A stretch of 64,000 nt of DNA, taken from Takakia lepidozioides. Lineage: Eukaryota; Plantae; Bryophyta. Position 1 is the stretch's first letter. The number at the start of each line of letters is the position of its first letter. The DNA lies in NCBI GenBank assembly GCA_030704615.1, contig CM060733.1:13516001-13580000 (forward strand), given 5' to 3'. This document shows positions 39,590 to 52,300 of the stretch, one piece after another. The position numbers were made by a program, and so were the translations under genes. The notes beneath the pieces were generated by a model that had not been told where the DNA came from, did not search any database, and saw nothing but the letters and a program-made list of their open reading frames with translations.

Positions 39590-42500
39590 GTTTCTCCCTG
39601 TCCTCTAGGAAGCCTATTGACATTGGGTGGACTTGAAACGGGAGTACATTAATGTCTCTGTCACTAAATGCCGGCCTTCTGACCTCGTGTCCTTGTTTGT
39701 TTCGACCTTAAGCGTTTTGCTTCAGGTAAGGTAGTGCATTGGATTTAGTTGGAAAGCTTGGGGCCTTTCCCTCTTTAGAATATGCCTACACGGGCCATTC
39801 CCTGCAACTCCCTGGAGTGTGATCTCTGAATGGTAACAAGCGGACTCCTACCGCTTGGGGGCAGCTCCTCCGCCCAAATTGGGCAGTCGTATGCTCTGTC
39901 TAGCATACTCGGCACTTGGGCTCGGGTTGGTTCCTGTGCTTAAACTTATGGCCTGCGAAAACAATCAAAAATTTAGCTCCTATCAACATCAACACTCCTC
40001 AGGGTGATCCCTCACAAGTGGTTACTTATGCCAAATCTAGGGCTTCATGTGTAGTTTTTGGGGTGAATCCTAGGATGGACGATGTGTCCTTTAAAACTAC
40101 ATGCTCTACCTTAGGCTTGGATTTCATGGTTAATGGTACCATCTCGAGACTTGATTACAGGGGTACGTTGAAGGTTGCAATGACCAAAAGTGCTTCTAAT
40201 AGAGTCCCGCATCAATTCAATCTCAAAGAAGTTCGTTCGTGATTTCTTGTTTGACAATTGTGAAATTATCAACAAGGGTTTGAGGTACGAGCATAGTATC
40301 TGGCTAAAACTGAATTTGAAGGGCGGCATGAGTACTCTGCTGGACCTCTTTGTCCGTTGTGTTTACATGCCCACAGAGGGGACCCTGCGTGCTGACGCAG
40401 ACAAGGCCTCACAAGTTTTGAAGCTGGACTGTGCTTCGTTCCTTGCCAAAGGTCAAGTGGTACTATTGGGGGACTTCAATGCCTGGGTGGGCAAAGGGAT
40501 CCATCAGGACGATATCATTGGACCTTTTGGTGAGGACGAGCTGAATTCTAATGGCAGATGGTTAATTAACTATCTAGAAGAGCTTCAGCTTTTGACCTTG
40601 AATAACAGGACAAGTGGTGACCAAGTGCAGTGGACTCGTGAGAAACCCCAAACTGGGGAACGTTCCATTGTGGACTATATCATAATGGATGAAATTTTGT
40701 TCCCCCAGTGTGCCGATGTGTTGATCGACAGAACTGATATTGGTACCTCTGACCACTTCCTGGTTTGGACTGACATCAAAAGGTGTTTTCCCACCACCAA
40801 GAGATCTGTGAAACGTTCGATTCGGAAGTGGCGCATAGAAAAATTCCACAATGAGGAGGTCAAGGCTGAGTATGTCCAGCCCTTGCAAGAGGCTCTCCCT
40901 CATTTTGTCCAATCGCTCCAAGAACTTCAGTCACGCTCTGTTAACGCAATAAATGAAGTCGAAAGAGCAGTGGACTCTTGGGAGAGTTTCGTTTCCTCCG
41001 TGGCTGACAAGATCATTGGGAGGAAACTAATTGTCTGCGGTAGAGCTGTTAATTGGTGGACTAATGAGATTAAACTCAAGATAGCTGAGAGACGAGCCCT
41101 CTATAAACAGTGCTGCAATTTGGAAACCAACAGAGAATTGTGGGCGAGGTACTACCAGCTCCGTAAAGATATCAATCAGCTTGTTAGGTCTCAGAAAAAA
41201 TTATACTGGGACAAGTTATACAGTGAAATAAACTCAAACCACCATGGTGGTAATGACAAGAAATTCTGCTTGGCCCTTCAACGTTTGTACAAACCGAAAA
41301 ACGGTCAGCAAGTACAAGCGCTGAAGACTACTAAAGGTGCAGTGGTGACTTCATCGGTTGACATTGTCAAAACCTTTGAAACTCACTACAGTATCCTTGG
41401 CAGAACTTCTAGGTATAACAGTGAGGGGTCTTCTGCTGAATGGAGGGACACAGTTGGAAAAACTGTTCCTATGATTCAAAACAGCCCTGATGAACTGGAG
41501 TATATTTCGATGGCTTATAATGCTCCCATTACTTCTTCTGAGATTGTCGAAGCAATTGAACATATAAATGGAGGTAAAGCTCCTAGACCAGATGGTATTG
41601 TCAACGAGCTTATCAAGCACGGTGGCGATCCCATGATAGAGGCCCTACTTCTCCTCTTTAACCTTCTCTGGAAGACTGAAATGATCCCCTTTCGCTGGCG
41701 ACAGGGGGTCATTGTCAATCTATACAAGAAGGGTGACAGAGAATAACTGGGGAACTACCGTGGCATCACGCTCCTCAATGTTGTTGGCAAGACATTCTGC
41801 TTATTTATAAGTACTCGTCTCGAGGTTGATCTGGAGTCTAGAGGTTGTTTCCACGAAGGCTAAGCTGGCTTTCGGCGAAACAGGGGCTGTGTGGATCATA
41901 TCTTCACTCTAAGCCAGATTATCCAGGGAAGGAAAAAGGAGGGAAACCCACTTATGTCTTTTTCCTGGATGTCAAAAAGGCTTATGACACAGTGTGGAGA
42001 GATGGCCTATGGTTCCGCCTCTGGTCTTGTGGGATCAAGGGAAAGATGTGGAGACTTGTCCACAACTTGTATGCTCACACCAAAAGCTGTGTCACTGTCA
42101 ACGGACAGAAGTCCAACTTCTTTGACTTAGACCAAGGTGTAGCTCAAGGATGTACTCTCTCCCCTCTGCTCTTCAATGTTTTCATCAATCAACTCCTCGA
42201 GGATGTGGAAAGTGAGGGATTTGGGTTAAGGGTGGGTGATACCACCATACCAGCCCTTATGTTTGCGGATGACTTCGCAGGCATAGGGGAGACTCCAACC
42301 AATCTCTAGGAGTTGATTGATTGCGCGAAGACATACTTTGATCTTTGGGGGCTAGAGGCTAATGTCAGCAAATGTGCAGTGGTAGCATTCAACGACAGAG
42401 GAGAGGGAGGAAGTGATCTTAAGTGGCAGTGGGGTAGCCAAGAGATCCCGGTCCTCCCTTCCTACACTTACCTGGGCGTTGAGTTCTCCTCCAATTGTAA

Positions 42501-43122
42501 TTGGGATGCACATATCCGGAAAGTTGTTCAAACTGGCAAGGGCAAAGCACTGGGGCTCACTAAATTTTTCCACTGCAGAGGGGTCAACTCTGAGGTTAAG
42601 AAAACCATGCTTTGTCGCGTTATTAGACCTGCCTTGGAGTACGGATCTGCTATATGGGTTGATAACTCCAACCAGGCTAAGTCTCTAGAATCCATTCAAG
42701 TGGGGGTGCTTAAGGAGTGTATGTCAGCATGCTCCAAAACAGCCAATGTGGCTGTTCGGGGTGAGTTTGGCATTCCGTCCTTCAGCTCCCGACGACATGA
42801 ATTCAAGGTCAGATGGTGGGGTCAGCTGCAACATATGCCCAACACCAGATATCCTAAATTAATCGACTCTATATCTTGGAAACAGGACCATCCTGTCAAA
42901 CAGGCTAAGTCCTGGCAGAAGAGAGTACAAGAGATCCTCAAGGACCTCGACCTGTATCCGCAAGGCTTGACCCTGCTGGATAAGTCTGACTTAGAGGCTC
43001 TTGTGTCCTCAGCCATGTCTGTTGCCATGAGATTGTCTGATGAAAATGAAGTTAGGCAGAAAACTTCCCTGAACTTGTTTCCAGTCTGTGACATGGGGGA
43101 GGACATCTTGGATGACCTCAAG
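39590..43122 (+). mobile_element. RTE-X-like LINE (APE + RT), 3'-deleted, nested in the TIR element
   Basis: LLGDFNAWVG, SIVDYII, TSDHFLV, GKAP.PDGI.NEL, FLDVKKAYDTVWRDGLW, GVAQGCTLSPLLF, LMFADDF, YTYLGV. A few stops and frameshifts; starts after a (CT)n tract. Clade assignment is tentative. Confidence 0.88.
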
Positions 43123-43788
43123 GATAAGAGTAGGTGTGAAAGTTACTTGACAAGCTTTTGTGCAAATTGTAACAATAGTCAGGGTTTACTGTGGGTAAAG
43201 GGAAGCTACATGCACCACTCGTGACAAGGTACATATCTAAATCAATCTGAGACATGCTTATTTCAGATGTGGTGCTCAGCATGGTTAACAATGTTAGGAA
43301 ATGAGTTTAGGGAGTTGGTTGGCTTCATTTTGTTTCTGCTGTCATTTCGATTGGAAGGGTGTGACTTGAACCTTGCTAGCCAGCAACATGTGTTTGCAGT
43401 GCTTGTATTCTTTGAAAATGTGAGCAAGAAGGCCCTAACTGGTAAACTAGTCTGTGAGCAAAACACATGAAGAACAATTGGAGTGAAGGGGTTACTGTTT
43501 GTGTCATGGCTGGTCTGTAATGCTTGGAATTAAGTTTAGGTTGATGGTCAGTGTGACTGTTGAGTGTTTATTGTCTCCGCAATATTAGGTTGCTGGCCAA
43601 TCTGCTAAAAATAGAGCCACATCTGAAGAGCTTGCAGGCAGCAGTAGACAACTTCAGGGTGTGTTCTCTGCCCTATAACAACATTGTCTTTTTGTGAAGA
43701 TAGGAATAGGGGTCCAGTGCTACGAGCTCGGAGCACCGAGCTTTTCAAACAACATTGTTTTTTCCAGGAGACAGGAAGGTATCTAAAC

Positions 43789-45223
43789 ATGGGAAGATCC
43801 AACATAACAGGGAAGCGTATCAAAGTGAAGTCAAGACGTCATGAAGCCCCTTCATCTTGCGTTGTGTCTGTTGTAGCAAACAGTGACGTCGTACCAACTC
43901 CTGTTACCTCGACAGAGCCGGCGCATACAGGAGGAGGGCAAGGAGTGCTAGGAGGGCAAGGAAGTAAGTTCATGCTTATTTACAACTCTTGGGACTCCTA
44001 GGGGATTCCTAGTTTCAAGTACATTTTCATTCTTTTATTGCTTGGATTGTATGCAACGTCTTTACTTCCACAGAGGTATTTAAAGGTGTCTTTTCTGTAC
44101 AGAGGTATGTGCATTATGTGCAGGATAGGTGTAGTGCTAAACACAGAAGTATAATAGATGCCTAGAGACAAATATCTTTACAAAGGTATCATCATGTAGG
44201 TGAATCTCCATTTCTAAAACCCTCGTATGCCTAATTTCACACATCCACTATCTATGTTATTTAGGTGGTTCGTTTGCACAAGAGGGGGTGCACTACAAAC
44301 GGGAGAATGGACATTGGTTTTGTTTGATCTGCGGCGAAGGACCTTCCATGGGTTGGAAGGACAAACATAACTTCCAAAACCACCTTGTGGTAAAGTGTGG
44401 AGGTCCTCACCTCCTTCCAGGTAAGCCTGGTCGCCCTACGGATGGGAAGAAGAGAAAACAAAATTACCATAGAACGAACATGAAGATCTATGGGGATGCA
44501 GATAAGAGAAAGAGGGTGTATGAGAACAAGGCGCGTTACAGAACCAAATTGAAAGCGGAGCGACTGTGGGAAATGGCACAAGGTGGTTCTATGGCCATGG
44601 AAAGCAAGAGCAAGCGAGCACCATTGTTGGTGGCAAGGATTACTGGAAGATGCCTCGTCGCAAGTTGCGAAAAGAGGTGGCCAACAGCTTGCTAACCTAC
44701 CATGAGGAAGAAAGCTGCAAACAAAGGTATTATTCTGCCTTTGCATACTTCTTGTTTGTATCGTACATGTGTTCACCAATCAGTGCGATTTCAAACTAAC
44801 CCTTGTGACTAAATATTTTGTAGATCGTTGGTGTTCACATTGACAAAGGCAGAGTTTGTCAAGACGTACGTCAATGCAGAGATAGAGAAGTGGAGATTCG
44901 TGGATCCCCTTCGTGCCAAAGCGTGTGCTTTAGCGACCAAGCGCTACAAGAAAAGTGAAAAGTGTGAGTGTTCACTTGTCAAATATTTCATGCTATGTTT
45001 CTATTCAACATGCCAATTGGACTCTAAGATGTGTATTTTGTTTCCATGTTGTGTAGACAAGCAACTAGACAATGACGACAATGCAAACACGGAGGATGAA
45101 GAAGGGACAAACAATGATGGAGGAGATGAGGGAGAGGAGGAAGAAACAGATGACGACGATGCAGATGAGGAGGAGGAGGAGGAGGAGGAGGAGCATGATG
45201 ATGATGAAGAGGAAGGAATGTAG
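43789..45223 (+). pseudogene. Spliced internal gene of the TIR element: putative zinc finger plus acidic tail
   Basis: Exon-like blocks ~44265-44726, 44824-44963 and 45057-45223 with AG/GT edges. WFCLICGE...FQNHLVVKC and a D/E-rich C-terminus. One apparent frameshift near 44570. Confidence 0.5.
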
Positions 45224-45662
45224 AACAAATCGAATCAGGGCCTCTTTTTTGGCTACCTTCACCTTGTAAGTATGGAGAAAATTCTGAGACTTGTTTGTGT
45301 GTTTCTTCTTACTCTCTTTTTGACATTCTAGTTGCCTAAGAAAAGTGCCCAAATAATGGTACAAAGATACGGACTACACTACTCCATTGTAGGGAGGCTA
45401 TGTCGCTATTGTCCTATCAAGAGGAATGTGGTTTGCAGGCTGTGTAGGCGCCGGGTGGTTTTCCTAGCCTCAAGTATAGCTCCCAGGAACCTTTGCTAAA
45501 TGGGTGCATACAACATAAAAGTTGTAGGCCGAGGCTATGTACATATTTTGAGGCTGTGGATACAGTGACTGCTTTAGGATTAAGCATGTAAATGGGTATA
45601 TTGGGAGTCCAATTCACTTACTCTTTGGCCATGTTGCTGATCTGGTGCTTGTGCATTTGTAG

Positions 45663-45782
45663 GATTTTAAGCAGAAGTATCCAGACGTGATTGTGCCAAA
45701 CCCACTAGAAGCCATTCAACAGCTGCGAAACAGGCAGTCGATGCTTCAGGATGTGGCCGATCTAGACCTTTGTGACTATGTG
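45663..45782 (+). pseudogene. ITPK: Captured exon of inositol-tetrakisphosphate 1-kinase (ITPK)
   Basis: Follows a TGTAG acceptor: DFKQKYPDVIVPNPLEAIQQLRNRQSMLQDVADLDLCDY, matching the plant ITPK ..P..AIQ.L.NRQSMLQDVADL motif. Confidence 0.85.
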
Positions 45783-46521
45783 GTTGGTTTTAGGCCAGTA
45801 CACAGTGCCTTCAACCAGCTCTTATATCTATTTGACCTGGAGTTTCGGTTTAGGGGCATCAATTTAATCAATTTTACTCACACTGAGAACCAAATTTTGA
45901 GTAACCAGTCATATTGCAGACTTAAGTTAATTTAAATCTCAGTGATTGAGTGAGTGAGTCCACGGCAATGCCTGGATACATGAGAAGTTGACCTGCATTT
46001 TGTTGTTTTCCATTTCTTGCAACTTTTGGAATTTGAATATAGTCCTGGACGACCATCCGATCTGCTTCCTTCTTTTCATAGCCCCGTGTTTTCATTTTGC
46101 TCGTGTTGTTTGCAATCTGAGTATCCCGCAACAAAGAGGAAGATTTAAAGAACTTAGTTGATGAATTATGTTCTACATGATTCCCACATCTGAGGAACAA
46201 CGGAATCACCAGTCATGAAGCAGGTTAGAGGTCTGCTACAAGTGGTCACTTGCGTATGGGCTAATATGGACTTGGTAGTGATCTTCCTGTGCATACCATT
46301 GTCCATGTGCTTTTCAATCAATCTGCGGTTCCAGTACAAAAGAATGTAGAGGTATTGACCACAAGGGGAAGCAATATAACTTGGCATAGGGGCTGATATG
46401 GACTTGACATTGATCTTCCATGTGCACACCTCTCTCCATGTGCTGCTCATCCACCACTCTACCCACTGCCTGCGTATCGCTGGTTTGACTAAGTGACTGG
46501 TCACTAGATCACCAGTCACAC

Positions 46522-46656
46522 CTTCATAGGAGTGGGCATGTGGCTTGCAAGTGTTGGGCTGCCAATAACAAACCCACTACAACGTTGCACTACAACCATA
46601 ATCTCATCACTATTGTAGAACTCAGCATTCATGCTCTCGATTCCCACTCCAGCCTT
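46522..46656 (-). pseudogene. FLV: Captured fragment of a flavodiiron protein (flavodoxin domain)
   Basis: Manual translation, not in the ORF track: KAGVGIESMNAEFYNSDEIMVVVQRCSGFVIGSPTLASHMPTPMK, followed by a GT donor. Confidence 0.85.
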
Positions 46657-48989
46657 TCAAATTCCTCAACTTCCATTCAGCATCCCATGAACCCCACATG
46701 CAGCCCGAGTGTTATTACAAGCACGTTATGTGCTTTGGTAAATACTGTTGTTGGAATGAGGCAAAGCCCTCAAACCTTGGCCAAATGTTTATGCAAACCT
46801 CCTTAAACTGCTTGTGAGCTAAATGGGTTTGATGTGCATGCCAGGGCTAGCTCCATCTCATTTTTTGGGGGACCCTTTGGGAGACAGATGGCTTACTCAG
46901 AAGTGCTTCAGCTTCCTCTGATTCACTGGCAAAAGATATATGGCTACCTCTGAAAGAAACAAACAATTTCAAACCTCACAATTGATGAATGGCTTCCCCT
47001 GCATCATCATGTACTCCCCTGGCACTAGTATCTGGCCCCATGACACAACCCCAGAGAAAACAAAAGACATGTTCATTTCGAGAATTATCTCCAATAATCT
47101 TGTTTCGATACCCTTGCAAAGGTATCATGTTGCAATTGGGCTGTGTGTTCGATAGAGAGTTTAATATATCAACTCTTAGACGTTGATACTCTTACAGTGG
47201 TATCATGTTTGGTATATGTACATAGCCATATATTGGCACTATAAGGGCTTGGCAGTATGAAATTGGTTAGTGTCTCAAGGTGCAGATGAAACATGCTAAC
47301 ATATTTAGATTGTAAGCAACACCCACCAGTCAAACTCGTCCTCAGAAGAGATTGATACACAAAAATTTCTCAGGGTCGTTGGTGCGCAGGCTATCCTAAA
47401 ATGTATTAGCAAACCACAGTACACAGTGTGGGCAGGTTGAAGACAAACCATGTGATCAAGCTCTTTCTTTCAGTGTATGTGTTGAGGAGCGTTTGGTAAC
47501 CCACTCTACTACCCCTAAAGTTCTCTCCTCAAAACTCATGAGTCACCTGCACGTACACAAGAACTACAGCTTTAGCTAAAATGATATCTTTATCAATGAT
47601 TGGGGAAACTCATGCCAATATGGGAATGTGCTTACTCATGGGCAGATCTTGTCATTTGGTGATCCAAGAAGGCTTCCATCATACATAGCGCCACCACCGC
47701 TCCACCACCGCTCAACCCTAAACTTGTTGTTGCATTCTTCTCTCGTTACTTCTCGTCCTCCAACTGATTTGATCATTTCACTTTTAGGGCACCTCTGCCC
47801 TAAAAACCCTTCATCACTTCATTTCTCTCTCCCTTTCCCCTCTCGCTCTCTCTCTAGTATATATCTCTCATTTAGGGTACGCGACTCATGTCGTGACTTA
47901 GGCCTTACCACAAGCAAAGGATGGACGGGCAGCAGGAATAGACGGGCCAGCATGTATATTCATCTTATACTCTCGTATGTATATGTGTATACGATATATA
48001 TACATATACATACACATGATAATATATTTTATATATTATATACAAAACTGCGTTAAAAATTATAGATTACAATTCAATTGAATTGCAAATTAGGGTTAGT
48101 TCAATTGAATTGGCATCGCAATTCAATTGAATTGGCATCTGATCAAGTGAATTGCGCTGCATTTCACATCAAGGCCTATTTGGAATTCCCTAGCAGCTCC
48201 CTCCTGCTGTTCTAGGTGAAGAGCCATCACAAAACAGCATAGGTCCCTACTTTTACAAGTTAAACGTAAACACAGCTGTTGGTAAACGCAGAAGGCTTCC
48301 TGAGGAACTTCCTCTCAACCAGCTTCAATCTTCTAACAGTTGCAGTGCACCCCACAGATGGCAAACATGCCTGACTGCCTGATCTTTACTGCATTGCTTT
48401 TACTCTACCCATGCTGCTCTTTGTATGCGAAAGCTCAGCCAAAAAGTGGGAGCTTCAGGCATACTACGTGGAAGAGAAACCTGTTGCTGCAGGAGTCAAA
48501 TGTGACCAGAGAACCCCAGCTCATAAATATACTATTTATATTAACGAATTTATCTAACTAATAATAATTAAAAACAGATATATAATAATATAATATATTA
48601 AATACTTTAAATATAAATCCATATATAATGTATAATACTATATTATATCATGTTTTCAACCTCAGATTTCATCATTTCAATAAATTCAAAATCCATTCAA
48701 TCAAATTATTTATCATATTATATTTCAAAATCTCCAATTTTTTTAACCTTTATGGTTAATCTTTAAGGCCTTTGGGCCATAATTTTGTATGCTATAATGG
48801 ATAGCTATAAGGGTTCGAATCCCTATAGATTTTTTTTTTTTTTGGTGAAAACCAGGGCTGAAACCAGTCCAATCTGATATAGGAGTTCATATTCGTATAT
48901 TGTATAATGTGTATATATCCATATGTATACATCAAATATGACATGTATAATATTGATCGTAATCTGATATACCAATTCAATCCAATGAC

Positions 48990-49350
48990 GCAATAAAAAA
49001 TCCTTAGAGTGATTCTAAGAAACTCTTAGTGTGAATGTGTTGTTTTTTTAATCACTCTAAAAAATCCTCATAGTGGCTCATAGCGGCTCTAAGAGATCCT
49101 TAGAGCGATTGCAAATAGCAATATAGTTTATTCTGTTTTCTTGCTCTAAGTAATGCTTTGATCAAATGTGAATAGCCATTTAGATTTTATTTTTATTTTC
49201 ACGCTCTATTAAATCCTTAGAGCAGCTCTGAAGGATCCTTAGAGCAAATACAAATAGCAATTTAGCTTTTTCTGTTTCCCCGCTGTAGAAAATCCTAGAG
49301 CGGCTTAGAACGGCTCTAAGGGATCCTTAGAGTGAATGTAAATAGCAATT
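48990..49350. repeat. Degenerate palindromic repeat array, resuming at ~55205-55310 beyond the LINE
   Basis: Recurring CTCTAAGG-GAT-CCTTAGAG hairpin followed by AAATAGCAAT...TTCTGTTT; related units lie on both sides of the LINE. Confidence 0.7.
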
Positions 49351-52300
49351 TTTTGTTTTTGAGAACAGGGACAGAGGCCTTGGTTAGGTTTATTGCAAAT
49401 TATTCGGGGGAAAAAATTAAAACCCCCTTTTACACCATGAGGCACACACACCGTATTCAGTGAAAGAACGAACCTTGACCCCTAGTAAAGGGAATCTGTC
49501 GAAACCTACTTGACTGGAATTGAACTAACGACCTTATCGGTTCCTACCGATTTGTATGGACCATGATCCTAGACCTTAAAGTAAGTCTAGATTGTCGGAA
49601 TAATAAAGCAGTTATGTGGGCATTAAAAGTGTCTTCCTGAATATTGACCGAGGCTACCTATCCCTGAGTATAGTGAAGCCGTGAGGCTTTTGTGGAACAC
49701 TTAAGATGTTTCCAATTAATGTCCCTTTCAAACTCAGGAGACGCGGTGGAGTGTTGCATGAAGTCCCCTCCATGAGGGAGGTGGCAGGTCGGACCAGATG
49801 CAGGAGTCTGGGGATTCACTGTAGCAGATGAGGCCCTGATTCCCCTAGGTGGAGCAGAACTTATGATGGCTGGCAGCTGCAATTCGAGGCTTCCATTTGA
49901 TATCTGCACATAACTTGGCCTATGCCTTCCTGGACTCAATACCAAGATCGTTAAAAACACAAGCGAGAAGAGCAGAGGTAGTAGTTGTTTCTCCAGAAAG
50001 CGTTTTTGTGCATCTTGCTTTCCACAGATGCCACAGGGTGCTACCCCTAAGTGTTTCAAAGATAGGACAAACAACCGCCGTGGTTTTGGTACTGATATCA
50101 TAGTTTAGAAGAAGATCAATATCAGAGAGGTGTCTGGGGTTCCAATTTGAATAAAAGGTTTTGACCAGTGGCCATACTGTTGCTGGTGCATGACAGTGAA
50201 GGAGGCAATGCTCCAAGCTTTCTATGATTCATGTTGCACAACAAGCACATAAGAGGGCATCCAGAAACTGCAACCATTCGCCTACTTTGAGGACTCTGTT
50301 AACTATTTGCCAGAGAAATGCAGACATCTTCGCTGATCTCGATTTGTGCCATACCGACCTCCATATTGATGTCCAGTTTTCATCTCTGAAGCCATGGTGC
50401 TCCCACCTGGCCTCCCATTTGGTTTTGAGTGGTTGAGCATTTAATAATGCTTTGTATCCCTGTTTGGTTGTGTATGAGAAAAAAGGCTCTAGTTGCCTAC
50501 CAAAATTCCATGTCCATTCTGAGGGATCAAACTGCAGCTCTGCCAGGGGCCTACCCAGTATCGATATGTATGTGTTGGTTGTTAGCCAGGCAACAAGGGA
50601 AATCACTGGTGGCGGTTGTGGATCCATCTATCTTGGAGCAGATGTCCAACAACATACTCTGATCAGTGTTAGTGGAGATGGGGGGAGAACCATCGACTGG
50701 GTTGAAGTCAGGTGGAGAACAAGTGTGACAGTGTCAATGCTGAAGGTATGTACGACATGGTTGTTCAAAGTGGTCTGACTAACAAAAAGCACTGTCAGCA
50801 TGTTGTTGAGGATTGTGAGTGCCCAATAGTTGTAAGAAGGCCAAATCGGTCCTGTCTGCAATTTCCCCAGCCATTGCTGATCCACAGATTGAATGAGCTC
50901 CACGTATGATCTTGCTATCCTTGCGTTGCCAACAACTGCCGCAATCGCGTTTTGTGGCTTTAGAGCATCATTCTGTCAGAGATGGCCAATCTGTGAAATC
51001 CCTAACTTGTCCCAGGCAGACCAACGGCTGGCCTCTTTTCGTTGGGAGGGTGTGGGCTTGTTGGTATTCAAGAAGAGGTTCTGTCTGAGGATCTCGAAGT
51101 AAGTGGATGGCTGTGCTTTCTGTAGAAAGCCCCTCAGCTTACTCCAGGCCTGCCAAATAGTGTTCCATAGCACAGATCCAGGCTTTTTGTGTTTAAAACC
51201 ATGAACTATCCAGCGGAAAGAGGGGGACCAGGAGATGTTTTTAAGTGGAGAGGCAAGAAGTATGCTATCCGCCACCAAAAATTTCCACCACCCTCCCTCA
51301 GGTCCCATGAAACGGGGAATCCACTTGCCCTATAGAGCGTTGATTTGTGTCTCGGGGTCTAGAACACCGAGCCCTCCCAATTTTTTGGGGAGGCAGATTT
51401 GGCTCCAAGCAACCTCAGGTCTTTTTTTTGTTGAGAAGAGGTTTCTGCCCCCCATACGTAGTTTCTGAGCATTCTCAGTTGATCTGCTGGATGTGAGCTT
51501 TGTTGGGTCTCCAAGAACTGGCATAAAACCAGATTCCTGCTTCTAATATTTGGTTAGTTGTGAGAGCTCGACCTGTGATAGTAAGATGTTTGGATCCCCA
51601 ATATGCCATTTTGTGCCTGAGTTTCAAGATGATAGGTTCAAACATTTGCTGGTCCGTGAGATCTATGCCAAATGTGTAGCCAAGAAGCTTTGTAGTTTGT
51701 CCTGGTTTCAGCCAAGTGAGCCCTAAGTGTTGTCCCCAGGTTGGATCTACCCCAATGTCTGAGCTGAATTGATCTCCAACAAGCAAGGCACAAGTCTTTC
51801 CCCAATTTACCTTGAATCCCAAGGCCGAGCAAAACATATGTAATGTTTCCGCGGCTCTATCCAGGTTCTGAGAGCAGGCTTGCAGGATCAGAAAAGTGTC
51901 ATCTACATACATCGAATCCTTGACATGTGCTGGTTGTTTGTGTGATGTAGTTGTTGACTCTGAGCCTGGCCAATTGGGCGTTATGTTCGAGGGCATACCC
52001 CAGGGTGTCCGCTACTATGAGGAATAGAAGTGGGGACAGTGGACAACCTTGCCGAACTGACCTCTGAAGGAGAAAGGGATTGGACAGTGCCCCATTAACC
52101 GTGACTATACTGGTGGATGTTGAAAGCAAAATCTTGACCCATTGAGTGAAGGATTGTGGAAACCCAATTTTTGCCATTGCAGCAAGCAAAAATGACCACT
52201 CTACCTTGTCAAATGCCTTTTCAAAGCCTAGTAGAAGAAGGGCTATGGCTTGGTTTGTTTTTATTGCGTAGCTTGGAATCTCTTGAGCCAAAAGAAGGTT

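Larger units (their letters stand above)
38557..48190. mobile_element. 9.6-kb non-autonomous DNA transposon with 336-bp TIRs carrying host exons (Pack-type)
   Basis: 38557-38892 is a near-perfect inverted copy of 47855-48190. Termini are GGGAATTCC...GGAATTCCC, flanked by TA on both sides. No recognisable DDE transposase. Confidence 0.92.

Noticed and set aside
48805-48830. B-box GGTTCGAATCC as a tRNA or SINE
   Set aside because: No convincing A-box or cloverleaf; AT-rich TE-like context.
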